From assembly GCF_006345805.1 (NCBI RefSeq), contig NC_043003.1, forward strand, positions 29,202,001-29,266,000: 64,000 nucleotides of DNA, in the 5' to 3' direction. The position numbers and the translations under genes were made by a program. The notes below the pieces were generated by a model. The model saw only the letters and a program-made list of their open reading frames with translations. It was not told the DNA's origin and did no database searches. Positions 1 to 14,500 of the stretch are shown in pieces (position 1 is the stretch's first letter; every line of letters starts with the position of its first letter). Source of the DNA: Octopus sinensis. Taxonomy: Eukaryota.

Positions 1-47
1 TATATGCATATATATATGCATATATACATATATGCATATGTAGGTGC

Positions 48-139
<92 letters not shown>

Positions 140-159
140 GTTTCTATAGATAGATAGAG

Positions 160-220
<61 letters not shown>

Positions 221-320
221 TGCACGTACGTACGTATGTATGTATTTATGTATGTATGTATTATGTATGTATGTATGTATGTATGTATGTATGTATTTAT
301 GTATGTATGTATGTATGTAC
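1..320. repeat. Compound microsatellite (GATA)n / (TATG)n
   Basis: Long tracts of tagatagata followed by tatgtatgta. Confidence 0.95.
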
Positions 321-659
321 GTCACTACAACTGTCACTAATAAACGAATATGGCTTGGTAACGTGTACCATGCTTTCGCTAATTATTTTTTAGACGCCTG
401 TGTAGTCACGAGCAGACATAAACACCCGCTCAGCTCTATAGGGGAAGGGAGAGGGCCGCACCCTCACTCGAGCTGCTGCTTCAACTGAATAGATTGGTTC
501 AACGGGAAATGAAAGTGCCTTGCTTAGGAGAACAACATGCCGCCCGATCCAAGAGTACAACTCGTAACTTTATAAAAGTGGGTCCAGTCCAATACCCTAC
601 CCACTGGGCTACGCAGCAAAGCACCAACACTATTACTCCTATAGCTGCTGCCACAACCA

Positions 660-810
660 CTTTCATTGTTACTAACCCTAACTACTACTACTACTGCTGT
701 TGCTATTATTACTACTACCACTATTGCTGCTACTGTTGCTGCTATTACTATTACTAGTACTCCTAGTGCTGCTATTACTACTACTACTGCTGCTGCCATT
801 ACTACTACTG
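660..810. repeat. Degenerate (ACT/GCT/ATT)n trinucleotide tract
   Basis: actactactactactgctgttgctattattactactacc...; source of the poly-T/A/Y/V ORFs in the track. Confidence 0.85.
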
Positions 811-1217
811 CATCGAGTAGGGTGGGGGTATTTGGCAACGGTCCTTGTTAGATAGTTCCGCCGTTGCCAATCAAACTCCATTGAATTAAATGTTCTTAGA
901 CATTTCCGTCCAACTCTGACTCAATTACTTCAGAATTAATTAATAGATATTCCTCCTTCATTCATTAACTGACGTCACGTGATCTGGTCACTGAACAAAC
1001 GTAAAATCTCTTCTGTAAGACAAGCTCTGTGGGTGGCCGCTGGATAGTTGGACAGTTAAGCGGTCGGACTTTAATGGTGGGTTTGAGAAGGAAAGTGATT
1101 TATCGTTTTCAAGGACATAGCTAGACTGGATTCGACTGGACTGGAGTGGAATCTTGATTGAACCGCACTAAATTGAAATAATCTGGTGATGTACGTATTG
1201 TCCATTGGGTCATGTGG

Positions 1218-1600
1218 GGGCGCAATGGCCCAGTGGTTAGGGCAGTGGACTCGCGGTCAGAGGATTGCGGTTTCGATTTCCAGACCGGGCGTTGTGAGTG
1301 TTTATTGAGCGAAAACACCTAAAGCTCCACGAGGTTCCGACAGGGGATGGTGGCGAACCCTACTGTACTCCTTCACCACAACTTTCTCTCACTCTTACTT
1401 CCTGTTTTCTGTTGTGCCTGTAATTCAAAGGGCCAGCCTTGTCACACTCAGTGTCATGCTGAATATCCCCGAGAACTACGTTAAGTGTACACGTATCTGT
1501 GGAGTGCTCAGCCACTTGCACGTTAATTTCACGAGCAAGCTGTTCCGTTGATCGGATCAACTGGAACCCTCGTCGTCGTAAGCGACGGATTGCCAACAAC
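1218..1600 (+). mobile_element. tRNA-derived SINE, family C (ggcgcaatggcccagtggttaggg head)
   Basis: A-box-like TGGCCCAGTGG and B-box-like GGTTTCGATTTCC, then the body gagcgaaaacacctaaagctccacgagg shared with 7310-7490(-), 12488-12850(+) and 58900-59260(-). Confidence 0.8.
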
Positions 1601-1689
1601 ATTGGGTCATATCTCCTATCTGTCTTAAGACGCAGCGCAGTGTGCTTGAGTGTGCATGCGTACGTTTTTTCAGTTTTTTCATTCACACA

Positions 1690-1818
1690 TACGTTACATA
1701 CATACATGCATACATACATACTTACATACGTATGTACGTGTGTATATACATAAACTTATACGCGCACACATACATATAAACACATATTTACATATATGCC
1801 TACTTACCTATTTGCATG

Positions 1819-1863
<45 letters not shown>

Positions 1864-2050
1864 GCATGTATGAATATATATACAATATATATGTATGTAT
1901 GCATGTGTATGCATGTATACATATGTATATGTATATATGTATATGCTTGTATACATATATATAAGTATGTATGCATATGTATGTATATACATACATATGT
2001 GTGTGTGTGTGTATATATATATATATGTATGTATGTATATGAATAATTAA
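1690..2050. repeat. Compound (CA)n/(TA)n/(TATG)n microsatellite
   Basis: Direct inspection. Confidence 0.95.
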
Positions 2051-2374
2051 ATATATATAGCATAATTAAATCTCAGAATGAGATTGAAACAGTAATCCCT
2101 CGATAATGTAAAGTATAGAAGCCATCTTATCATGGCTAACCACATTGGGGAGGGGGTGTTACTGTAGCTTTATAGCCCCAAGAGATCTTTGTCTCAAGCT
2201 GGCTTTAGACACAATATCTGTGTCCTTGGGGTATTTGCAAAGGGAGGCCATCCCTTCCTCGCAAGCCTGAGTGATACGCTCGAACTAGTTTCGGGATATA
2301 TAATCATATATATACACACATATACAGGTAAGTCTATATACATATATACGTGTGTATGTGTGTGTGTGTGTGTG

Positions 2375-2408
<34 letters not shown>

Positions 2409-2809
2409 CAACAGAAAAAGAGGTTGTGTATGACAAGGAGCGAGATATACGATATATTAACGTTTAAATCAATTCTGTTGCTTTTATACTGTTAAAATGG
2501 GAAAAACTCCAATTGAAACGTACGTGACTTCGTCGACCGGTGTCAGATCAGTCGTGCTAACGCTAAAATACTCACCCTGAATCCTCAATTGTCCTTGTGC
2601 AGCGAAATTATTCAAACGCATTTGATGTCAAAATTGTCGGTAACTGCCGCAGATCTTTTGTTGGCCAAAATTAGCTGTGTCACTAAATTCTAATTTTTAT
2701 CTCCTTTGATTTCAGTGTTTCCATCTGGGTTTTGTTGTTGTTGCTTTTTTTAAATCGTTTTTAACGATGTAACAGAATGAGCACATTAAGCTATAAATAA
2801 TAATTTCAA

Positions 2810-3050
2810 ATTTTGGCACAAGGCCAGCAATTTTGGGGGTGGGAAAAAGTCGGTTACATCGACCCCCAATGTTCAACTGGTACTTATTTTATCGATCCTT
2901 GTGTTCAACTGGTGTTCAATCTTATCGACCCTGAAAGGGATGAAAAGTAAAGTGGACCTCGGCAGAATTTGAATTCAGAACGTAAAGACGGACGAAATGC
3001 CGCTAAGTATTTTGCCCGGCATGCTAACGATTCTGCCAGCTCGCCGCCTT
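2810..3050 (-). mobile_element. SINE family B (ggcgagctggcagaa head)
   Basis: Reverse complement matches the family B consensus seen at 23667-23885 (gttagcatgccgggcaaaatacttagcggcatttcgtc...gaggtccactttacttttcatccc). Confidence 0.8.
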
Positions 3051-3107
3051 ACATAAATCCATAAATAATAACACGTAGAATTTCGGGTTAAAACAATTAG
3101 ATGACAA

Positions 3108-3266
3108 GGCGCAGGAGTGGCCATGTGGTAAGAAACTTGCATCCCAACCACATGGTTCCGGATTCAGTCCCACTGCGTGGCACCTTGGGCAAGTGTCTTC
3201 TATAGCCTCGGGCCGACCAGAGCCTTGTGAGTGGATTTGGTAGACGGAAACTGAAAGAAGCCCGTC

Positions 3267-3332
<66 letters not shown>

Positions 3333-3480
3333 CTTTGTGTGTCTGTGTTTATCCCCCACCATCGCTTGTCAACCAACGTTGATGTGTTTAGAATAATTCC
3401 TGGGATTGATTTGTTCGACTAAAGGCAGTGGTCCAGCATGGCCGCAGTCAAATGACTGAAACGAGGTAAAAGAATAAAAG
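3108..3480 (+). mobile_element. SINE family A (ggagtggctgtgtggtaag head, internal microsatellite)
   Basis: aggcgcaggagtggccatgtggtaagaaacttgc...ttccggattcagtcccactgcgtggcaccttgggcaagtgtc...(TA)(TG)n...gtcaaatgactgaaac; multi-copy in the window. Confidence 0.85.
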
Positions 3481-4085
3481 ATGAGAAGTCGAAGTCCACT
3501 CGGGTGGTTTGAACATAATTCATTTTTAAAAATGACAGCCGTTCTACTATTATAATTGAGCACCCACCGAGTGTTCTCAGCCCATTTTAGATGTTATGCT
3601 CTTACCAGCGAGAATTGTATACTGTTTACATCATAAGAATTTAGAAACTTCGAAAGATATGAAATAAATCCTTTGTGACGATAGAAATTTTGTTTGTTTT
3701 GGAGGGGTTTTTGTCTTTCTTTCTTTTCGGTGGTGTACGAAGAAAAATATTAAAACTTGATCAAAAATAAACGCAAGCTGCATATATTATTAAATTCACT
3801 TTTACAAAAGATCTTACTTTCATTTGCTTCAGTCATTAGACTGCGTTTGCTGAGGGTTTTAGCAGAAAGAATCGACTCTAATGCTTCATTTTTAAGCCTA
3901 GTATATGCTCTATCAATCTCTTTTGTAGAACCACTAAATTACAAGAACATAAACAAACCAACACAGGTTGTTAGGCGGTAGCAGGGGACAAACACAGAGA
4001 CACACATATATATATATATACAAACATATACATACATACATGCAGACAGACAGGCGGACAGACAGACAGACAGACAGACAGACAA

Positions 4086-4149
<64 letters not shown>

Positions 4150-4171
<22 letters not shown>

Positions 4172-4326
4172 GATGGGCTTCTTTCAGATTCTCTCCATCA
4201 AATCCACTCACAAGGCTTTGGTCGACCCTGGGCTGTAGTAGAAGATACTTGCCCTCGGTGCCACGCAGTGGAACTGAACCCGGAACTATGTGGTTGTGAA
4301 GCAAACTTATTACCACACAGCCACGC
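4150..4326 (-). mobile_element. SINE family A, 5' half
   Basis: Reverse complement of the family A head, running into (GATA)n. Confidence 0.75.
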
Positions 4327-5610
4327 TGAGCCGATGCTTTTGTTTCATATTACTACAGGTGGCTAGTTATTGGCAATATCAGTCAGAAAGTCATGGAGTA
4401 TATGCACCGACTCTTTACGTTCATATCCTGCCATAGTCAATTTTTGCTTTTTATTCTTAGAGGTTCGACAAAAGGCTTCAAATGCAGAACGATGGACGAG
4501 CGAAACTGAAAGAGCGATGGACCTTATAGTATCTGTTTCGTTTTGGGGGGATAGGGGGGGTCTATGTTCAAATCCTACCGCGATCTACATGCGCTGTCTG
4601 ACTCAGTTTTGTCGATCTTTGCCGTTATCAGATTTGTTTGCTCCTGAGCAGCTATAATTAGCGCTTCGGCCTCGCGTTTCAGGTTTTCGTCATGTTAGTC
4701 ATTATTATCATTATCATCCTTACTACTACTATTCCAAGTGTCGCACGGAGACCTCAAATAGTAACAGCAAGTTGAACTTTTACTATCGGTGTCATTTATG
4801 ATTAGCAATGATATATTGTAGGGGAATGGAGACCAAAATCTGAGATCTAAAGTTCTGTTAAATTTGTAATTGATATTTTAGTTTTAAAAGAATTTTAAGA
4901 GAAAAGGATATTTTCGGGCTGACAGTGCTTTTCTTAGGATGTGGAACAGTACCCATGAGAACAATGTTTTGAAATTTTGATACTTTAGAGTTTCCTGGTA
5001 TTTGGCCATAGTAATCAACATTGCCATTTGGAATTATCCCCAAAGCTTCGATTATCACATATACAGTTGTTATTCTTATATGTCACATTTTTGAGAGATT
5101 TATTTGAAGATCTTTGAACTTAACGTAATTTTTCAAATATTTTTACAGATATGTTTCAGTCTGCTGGGATTGACACATCTATAAGCAAACGTTCAGTTGA
5201 CGTGATTTTTACAATATCTTGAAGCGTTTTAGTTGCTCGCATCGACTTGTTTCTATATATTTTAGAGTGAGACTTATCTTATTGATCTCTAGACATTGAA
5301 CGATTTTCTAGTTAAGTTCTGACGTTAGCAGATACAAATCGAACGACACTTTTATACATTATATTCACAAACACAGCTACTGGCACACAAAAACGTTAAA
5401 GATATGTGTGGTTGTGTAAATATATATATATAAGTATATACAGGTATAGATATATATATATACATACACACACACACACAAATATATATGTATGCATATA
5501 CAAACATGTTTGTGTGTGTTCGTTTAATAATAAATATGTGCATGCATGAATGTATGTGTGTATATATATATGTATATGTATATATATATAATATATATAT
5601 ATATTATATA

Positions 5611-5659
<49 letters not shown>

Positions 5660-5769
5660 GTATATATATATATATACATATATATATAATATATATATAA
5701 CATAACAGTTTAACTCAGCTCCACATTTAAAGTTTCATAGACGTATGTATGACACGTTCACTCTGTTGC

Positions 5770-5822
<53 letters not shown>

Positions 5823-6624
5823 CACAGCCTGCCAAATTATGGTCACCGTGTGTTAGTTACCTCAAAACTGAAGTAGAAGGAACTTGCTCAAGATGCCGCA
5901 CAGAGAGGGGAAGCGGCACCTAATAACACTTCTTGTTTGTGTAGCGAACATCTTAACCAAACGGCCATGACCCGCGACTGTTTCTATCGTCTTTAACATT
6001 TTGTTCTATTTATTTATCGAGCATATGCTTTTCTACTCTGGCCACAAGGTCCAAAATTTTGGAGGAAGGGACCAGTCAACTGGTACATAATTTATCGACT
6101 CCCAAAAATGAAAGGCAAAGTTGACTTCGGTGGATTTATCGAGCATATTGGAGCAAGGAACTAAAGTTTGACAACGCGGCAACCACTCCAGAGTTTCAAT
6201 TCTTTATCGTTACGACTCGTAGTAACACAATTTCATTTATATAGTCATAGTTAACGGATCTCCGTCAGTTTCGGCAATAAGGATGTAACTGTTCGATGAA
6301 CTGAATTTCTTTTTTGCTGAATTACCATGCAAGTTGCTGAGTATTCCACAGACACATGCATACCATTGCCGCGTTCCTTTAGAAATTGAGTGACAAAGCG
6401 TATGACAAGGCTATACCTTTGAATAGCTTCCGTACATTTTCTTCCTCCCCAATTTCACTCACAAGGTTTGGGTTGGCCGAAACAATGATAAAAGACACAT
6501 GTCCAAGGTTCTGCGTAGTGGAACCGAACCCAGGACCTTGTGACTGTAAAGCAAACTTTTTTAATCACTCGGCCAAGCTGCGTCTACGAAGTATGTCTAC
6601 ATATTATTTTCAATACATTAGAGT

Positions 6625-6850
6625 GGTAAATGCGACGAACTGACAGGATTGATAGTACCCCGGGCAAAATGCTTAGCGATATTTCGTCCATCTTTACTTC
6701 TTCAGTTCAAATTCCGTCGAGGTCGACTTTGACTTTCATTCTTTCAGGATCTATAAAATAAGTACCAGTTGTACGCTGGAATCGATGTAATCGACTTATC
6801 CCCTACCCCGAAATTGCTGGCCTTGTACCAAAATTTGAAATCAATACATT
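6625..6850 (+). mobile_element. SINE family B
   Basis: cgggcaaaatgcttagcgatatttcgtc...ttcaaattccgtcgaggtcgactttgactttcattc. Confidence 0.75.
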
Positions 6851-7229
6851 ACAGTGGTGGATTGGGAAAATCGTTTGAATGTCGGACAAAATACTTCGCA
6901 GTATTTGTTCTGGATTTTTCTTTTTCTTTTTACATTCTGAGCTCCATTCCTACTGAGGTCGACTTTGTCTTTCATCCTTCCGGAGTCGATGAAATAAATT
7001 ACCAGTCTAGTACAAGGGACGATGTAATTGAGTAGCTCCATCTCCCTAAAAATGCTGGTCGAGGCCGAAAATCAAACAATTATTTACATATGTCGAAATA
7101 ATCTTTAGAGAAAATATATCTCCATACACATGTACAGCAACCGTAATTTCTACGTATATACTCTATTGTAATATCTTTCATACATCTATGAAATTATGAC
7201 ATACATAAAACGATAAACATCGCCTTTTC

Positions 7230-7490
7230 AAGCCTAGCCAGACTCATGGGCCCGGTTTCTCGGTTTCTGTGGCGTATATGTTCCCCCCAGCTGGACGGGA
7301 CGCCAGTCCATTGCAGCGTCAAGAGAGAGTGAGAGAAAGTTGTGGCGAAAGAGTACAACAGGGGTCACCACCACCCCCTGCCGGAGCCTCGTGGAGCTTT
7401 TAGGTGTTTTCGCTCAATAAACACACACAACTCCCGGTCTGGGAATTGAAACCGCTATCCTCCGACCGCGAGTTCGCTGCCCTAACCCCT
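7230..7490 (-). mobile_element. SINE family C with adjoining repeat fragment
   Basis: gagagaaagttgtggcgaaagagtacaacagggg...ggagcttttaggtgttttcgctcaataaacacacacaac is the reverse complement of family C. Confidence 0.7.
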
Positions 7491-7499
7491 GACAAACAT

Positions 7500-7800
7500 A
7501 GACACATATATATACTATCATAATTTCTGACGTACATACACTTTTATAATTTCTGTCATATGTTTCTGATTATGACATACATATTATTATCATAATTTCT
7601 GTCATATATTTATGACTTTATAATACACATAGACTATCATAATTTCTAACGTACATACACTTTCATAACTTCTGTCATATATTTGTGATTCTATGGCACA
7701 TATAGACACACAATCGTGATTTCTGTAAGATATCGGTAACTATGACATATAGACGATCATACACAGTCGTGATTTCTGTATGATATCAGTGACTACAACT
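7500..7800. repeat. Degenerate minisatellite built on cataatttctgtcata / cgtgatttctgta
   Basis: The motif recurs about 8 times at 25-55 bp spacing. Confidence 0.65.
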
Positions 7801-10084
7801 ATCAGTAGTGCAAAATACTTTCACATATTGACTATATATGTGCAATTGAAGAATTTCTTTTTTACTCATTGGTTAATATTGGGTTAAATGAGTTTTGTTG
7901 CTCTGTTGTTTTATTTGTTGTTATTTTTTTTCTAATTGCATTACCAAATGGAATCAGATGCACACTAAACACAGACTTGTTTGTTTCCTTTTAAAATAAC
8001 AAATGGAGTTGTAAAATGAATAGTATTTTAGACTCGAATTATTTTCTACTCGCCTTTAATAAATGTTAAAACAAGGCAATTCCTTTATTAATGTGTTGTT
8101 TTCGTTGTTGCTAATTTACTCTGGGTCAACTCTGATTGAGTAGTCACGACCCAAGGCACTCCAACCGAGACCATTCTGTCTTCTTCTTGACACATTAGAA
8201 GCAAGGTGTGCTTTGGGGTAAATTTGACTGCTATTTCTACCAGGTCAAGTATTCGCGTAGCCGATCGCTTTCTTGGCCCGTAAAACTTTATTCAAAATAG
8301 TGGGTTATATCTAGTACTGGATTTTGTTGAAGAGAGGCCCCAGGATTATGCAAGTAAGGCCCTTCCCAAATATACACCTTAACCAGAAGCACTCCTGGGT
8401 TTTGAGGCTTCAGCCAGCCAGACCTATCGGGTAAATCCGGTACTGTCTCTAGCCAGGTTGTAACCCTACCGAAATGTGACATCAACATCAGAATCAATGA
8501 GTTTAAAGGTTCTAATGGAGATAATGAGATAGATGCCGTTCTACATCTTGTATTTTAATCTTTATGCTTCGTTTTCCCTTTAGCATAATAGTGGTATATA
8601 ACCACGTTATGCATGTTATCCAGGGTTGGATGTAGATGAAGCGAGGCCCTAGGCCATTCCACAAGTGATGTCGCTCCCAAAAGACCTTTGATAATGTCAA
8701 AAATATTATACAACTCAGCCGAAAGCCTCCGAGATTTTGAAGCTCAGACTGTTAAGTCTACAAATAAATTCAACAGCCCTCTAGATTTTTTAGCTCTAGG
8801 TTTCAGCTTGTTTAGATTGACAATTGCCCTGTCTACGACACACATGTAGTTCAACTCCTGTACGTGATGATGTCCACAATTTTTATCCATCTCAGTAGTA
8901 TATTTACTTGATCGGTAAGAATGTTGACGTCATGGTCACAAAATCGTGGGTTCGATTTCTGGACCAGGCGTTGTGTTGTGACTTGTCTTTGAGCAAGACA
9001 TTTCATTTCCCGTTACTCCAGTCTACTCAGTTGAAAATAAGTACCAGCTTTAGTGCTAGTACCTCCCTCTATCCTCCGACTGTCACATTCTCGATGATCA
9101 GCAAGGAATCGAGCGCTGGGGAACCAAGAGGTTGTCTATGTCTGCTCGCGATTAAATAAGCGCCTAAAACAACTAGCGAAAGTATGGTACGTATTACCAA
9201 GTCAAATTCACTCATGCGTGACGGCCATAACTGCATGCCGGCTACATTGTTATGCTTATGCTTATCTAGTGTTTACAAGTATGGTTTATAAATTATAGAG
9301 TATCAATGTTTCTAATTTTTTAAAAATGTTGCTTAACTGTATGTTTGTGTAAATTAATATTTTTAGTGGATGGAAATAAAACATGATAAGTCCGTTTACG
9401 TATGTGCATGTGTGTCTTAATACTTATATAATGCAAGTGTATGTAACTATCTGTATGTATGTGAATGTAAATAAATTGTGCAGAAGAGTTTCTAAGAAAC
9501 AACTGCTGTTGTTATTTATTCGAGAAACACTTATCTTTAACTGTACATATTTAAGTATATGCATGTATGTCAGAGTAAGTATGTGTGTGTGTGTGTGTGT
9601 ATGTACGTACATGTATGTGCGTACGTATGAGTGCATATAAATACATCAATTTTCTCAAGCAGACGACACTTAAGCAAAGCTAACTGGCTCAAAACGCTGT
9701 GAAGTCGGTAATTAGGGTAAACAGTCTTAAAAAGAGTGGATGGTATTGTTCAGTTCACATGGTATGAAATGTGTCTGAGAGTCTATCTCCTCGCCTCTCT
9801 CTTTCTCTCTCTCTCTCACTCTCTCACTCTCTCACTCTCGCTTGCTCTGTCTCTGTCTCTTTTCCTCCCTCTCTCTCGGCTGTTGACCACAGTAACAACT
9901 CAATACCTTCCTGTTTTACTGTTTGTTTATTGAGTATTTTGCTTAGCTTTTGTTTTGTTTTTTCCTTTCTTTACTTTTGATTATAGTTCAACAGCTTTCG
10001 AGTACGTACTTACCTGTAATTGTGATTATGCATATGCGTGTGTGTGTTTCTGTGAGTGTTTGTGTGTCTACGTGTGGATAGATT

Positions 10085-10204
<120 letters not shown>

Positions 10205-10356
10205 CAAATATATAAGTATGACTGTATACACACAGACATACACACAGAAATATGCGTGAATAAACACGCACACAAGCACACACACATACACATATTTCCA
10301 TTTTTGCGTACACACAGGTATCTATATAAATGTATGTACACATGATGTGTGTGTGT

Positions 10357-10428
<72 letters not shown>

Positions 10429-10598
10429 TACTATTGGAACTTACTCACAAGGAACTGGAATCTTATATGTATACCATTCTGCTTAAATAATGGATCTACA
10501 AATGCAATATCCCTACATATCTCACGTCTATTTTCATTCCTCCACTTCACTCTCTATTTCATATCTTATCTACAATTGCATAACCATTTTCTTACTCC

Positions 10599-10646
10599 GT
10601 CTCCGATGAAGGGATATATAAAATATCCCGGAAACAGTTGTAAGAC
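10599..10646 (+). ncRNA. Minimal type-I hammerhead-ribozyme-like motif (degenerate, Penelope-type)
   Basis: GTCT-CCGATGA-A-GGGATAT-ataaa-ATATCCC-G-GAAAC-agtt-GTA-AGAC. Stem I GTCT/AGAC, 7-bp stem II, GAAAC, GUA cleavage triplet; U4 is C in this copy. Confidence 0.55.
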
Positions 10647-11194
10647 CTTCTATTTATAAATGTTCTAAAATCTTTCACAGCCTTGAATTTTTATCTTACT
10701 CTGAAAATTTTATATATATACACATGCTGATATATGACCTACGTTAGACTCCTCATTCGCATAATCACTGAACCTGGAGCTTAACTATAATCTATCCACA
10801 GCACTTACTCAGCATTACCTGACACCTTTGGGTTTTATTGACACCATTACCTCTCATAACCTCTCTCTCTCTCTCTCTCTCTCTCTCTATTTATATATAT
10901 ATATATATATGTAAATGTAAAAAAATACAAACTGGGACAAGAACGTGAAACATTTAGAAGACGATACAAAAAACACGGACGGGACATTCGAAGCCTTCAA
11001 TCTTCAGTCAAGAACCGGATCATCTTCGCAATTTCGGCTGATTAATCTTGAGATTGCTCTGATCTGGCCAGCCCCAAAGGAAAATCTAAGCCAAGCGCAT
11101 TAGATTCCTTGGAAGAAAGCCTCGAATGTATACAAAACAAGGACGGAAAACCGGACGATGTTACACGAGTGAAAATACAAAAATATGTAAAAAC

Positions 11195-11243
<49 letters not shown>

Positions 11244-11244
11244 T

Positions 11245-11303
<59 letters not shown>

Positions 11304-11312
11304 GTGTGTGTG

Positions 11313-11580
11313 TGGTGAAGGAAGGAACTGCTTCGCTGGAGAGCAGCTATAGAAACAAACAAGTTGAGAAATGTCAGCGGCGAAAGGAAAACAACAGAAA
11401 TGCAGAGCGCCACCCTCTTGGTATGCAAGTACTGTGATAGAAGTTGTGCTTTAATCATAGGAAGAAACAGCCATGAAAGAAGCTGCAAGAAGGGGAGCCC
11501 CTGATATGTTCGATTAAGTGACCTCTAAGCTAAATTGACCGTCTGCATAGACGAAAAGGGCAAATTATAATAATAATTAT
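11313..11580 (+). mobile_element. 3' fragment of a non-LTR retrotransposon (probably RTE-like)
   Basis: Encodes a C-x2-C...H...C-like remnant (VCKYCDRSCALIIGRNSHERSCK), then ccgtctgcatagacgaaaagggc and a (TAA)n tail. Confidence 0.45.
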
Positions 11581-11599
11581 TTATATATATATATATACA

Positions 11600-14500
11600 A
11601 AAACAAAACTGAAAACACAACACCTTCCAAATCTAGCGCTGGCCAGTTCGCTGACCATGGCCTGCCAAAAAAACGTAATATTGTCTTTGAAAGAATAAAA
11701 AGGCGAAAAACATTCTTACGAGGCCTGAAAGCAACATTGCGATCAATATCCTGGAATCCAGCCGGCATTGAACCAGCCTCAGAACCTTAGCAACAAAAAG
11801 TAGGAATACAACACGCGGCACAGCAGCAGATTGAAAGTGCCTCAGACCAATATGGGATAGGAAACCATACGTCACCAGAGGGGAAAATTACAGCACAGTA
11901 GAGGTGAGATTCCCTATAGAGGATGAAGCCAAGAAGCACTCAATAGCAACCCTTAGGAGTGACGAACTGGTTCTCATATATACCTACCTTTGCTGTAGAG
12001 CAGTTAAAATTATGATATTCAACGTGCCGCAAGAAATATACAGCTGATTGGCAGCAGTTGTCTTTTTGACATAAGAAACAAAACCAATTTCCGCTGATCT
12101 AAAGATTGCAGAAACAAAATTGGTCGGGCCAAAGGATAGAGCTATTATCCACTGAAGCATGGAATCCATCACAAACTTCGTCAATCTGCCAGACGTTACA
12201 AAGTTATACGTAGCCGTTGAGAGTAGAAGGCTGAGATGTCATTTATGTGAAGAGATACACCATCTCAAAGCTTTCTGTCCATAGCAAAAAGAGGAACGGA
12301 AGACCATCATTTCTGCCGTCACTAACAACTCAACAATAACAACACCAACAGCGAAAACTGTAGCAGCACTTATAGTGAAACCGGCCACGATAATAAAAAA
12401 AAGCATCAAAGACAGCAAGAGTAAAACCAACAGTCGCGAAAACAGCAGGAGACAGTGACTACAGTACCTACAGCAACAACAAGTGGAGACGCAATAGCCC
12501 AGTGGTTAGGGCAGCTGACTCGCGGTGGGAGGATCGCGGTTTCGATTCCCAGACCGAGCGTTGTGTGTGTTTATTGAGCGAAAACACCTAAAGCTCCACG
12601 AGGCTCCGGCAGGGGGTGGTGGCGACCCCTGTTGTACTCTTTCGCTCCAACTTTCTCTCACTCTTTCTTCCTGTTTCTTGTCCCCGACTTCCTACGCAAC
12701 CGCTGAGCCTGGATACGCATTCATCTATCCGTCGATGCTCTCGGTGTCGGAGGTTGACTTGCTTTCTCTTCTGCGGGTCTTACGAATAGCAAAGGACTAC
12801 GTTTCGGACTTCTCCCACTAATGGGACGAAGACCGCTTCGCTCAACAAACAAACAAACAAACAGCAACAACAGCAATGGAAGCAGAAGCAACAAAAACAA
12901 CAAAAAATACACCAAACTCAAGAGCCACAATGTCACAGACTGCAGGAGCAACAACGGCAACAAAACCCCTTGAAACTGCAACTATATCAACAACAGAACA
13001 AAACCACAAGATTCCTCAAAACTTGCCCTTCCACGGAGACATGTGTGGCAAAAGTGACGGAGAGGATACTAAATGACAAACAAAACCAAACGGGAAAATA
13101 AAAAGAAACAAAAATACGTTAGCCACAAAACAGAGATACGGTCAAATGGGAAAGGTGCCTCTAAGCAACGATGCAACAACACTACCCCCCAACAGTAGCT
13201 GCACCGGCACAATCAACGTCATAATTCCATTGTCACCACCTCCCGCCAACATAGATATCATCCTCACAAGCACTACCAAATTCACAAAACACACCAACAG
13301 TCGGAATACAACCTCCAACACGAACAAAAAAAAAAAAAGAAATCATTAACAACACAGACATAAACAAATAAAAAAAAAGCTAATGGATTGCATACGCCAG
13401 TATACAAGAATCGTACACAATAACTACATCGCATTACTATTAGTATTCCACAGCACAAATATCGCCACACATAGTGCATTTAAAAATTAACATCAAAAGG
13501 AAACTTCAGTAGAAATATAAATGAAAAAACGGTATAACTGCTTTTGGAAACATCCTTGTGTCACTTAACTCTTTTCTCGCTAAACATGATTCAGAATAGG
13601 CCTGGAGCCACTTTGGATGTAGAGCCTTCTGCTCAACGAATGCAGGTCCCCTAGATATAGATGTGGTGGCCAAAAGCGAGACCAGAATTTCCTATCCACA
13701 ACCTCAATGCTTATTTTCGGAGGATACCAGATCTACATATCCCCAAGTTGACCGGGATTAGGAGGTGGAATTTCTGTATTGTTTAAGGGGCGAGGTCTTA
13801 ATCTCAAAATATGGAACATCGTCTTGAACCCAAAAGGTAAGTTGGTGCTCCTGGATGTGAGCAATAGCAAAGGGGATGTCTTCCGACAAACAGTTGTTTA
13901 TGTTCCGACAGAGGCGGCACAGCCAGATTTCTTCAGGTTATTGAAGGCTTTCCTATGAATATATTGCTCTTTAGTCTTAGTAGGCGTCTGACGACGCTAT
14001 CCTGGCTACACATTTGGATTGTATGAGGCTAAGTGATGCGAGAGGAGTGCAAAAGCTTCACAAACATGCTCAGGCGTTTCCATTGTCTGACAGGTACCAA
14101 CTAGATTTTCCGAATGAGCTACTGTAGACATTAACAAATCGCATCGGATCATACAGGTCGTATCTAGATAGAATATTATGTAGGATAGTAGGTAAGGATT
14201 GCCTAGGTTGTCCACATTTTAAAGTCATCAGTTACAAACTAGTACTCTGTACGGTTGACCTAGACAGGTTTCGTAGGCAGAGACCCGATTACAGAGACCG
14301 GATTATCGAATTAGTTGAGCGAACGTTGACAGGACAATCGTCGACAACAAATGGTGGTTTGCCTTGAAATCGATGAGGTTTAGTAAAAAGTGGCAAACTT
14401 GAAAACTTAAAGGAGGCACGTAAGAAAGTCATCGTACCGACCTACTCGCGAACTTCGACCAATTTCTCACGAAATATGAAGGCTGCATGGTCAGAGCTAA

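Noticed and set aside
240-2063. ORFs such as MYVCMYVC / YIYIYI / HTHTHT here and throughout the window
   Set aside because: They are translations of (TA)n, (CA)n, (TATG)n and (GATA)n microsatellites, with no splice or domain support.
8290-8700. Two short minus-strand ORFs with coding-like composition
   Set aside because: No recognisable domain or splice signals; possibly an old TE fragment, but it cannot be classified without a search.
10982-11070. Minus-strand CTGAAGA...GAAT and GGCTG...CAGCC-GAAA as a hammerhead
   Set aside because: Core and stems do not fall in the required order, and stem I is absent.
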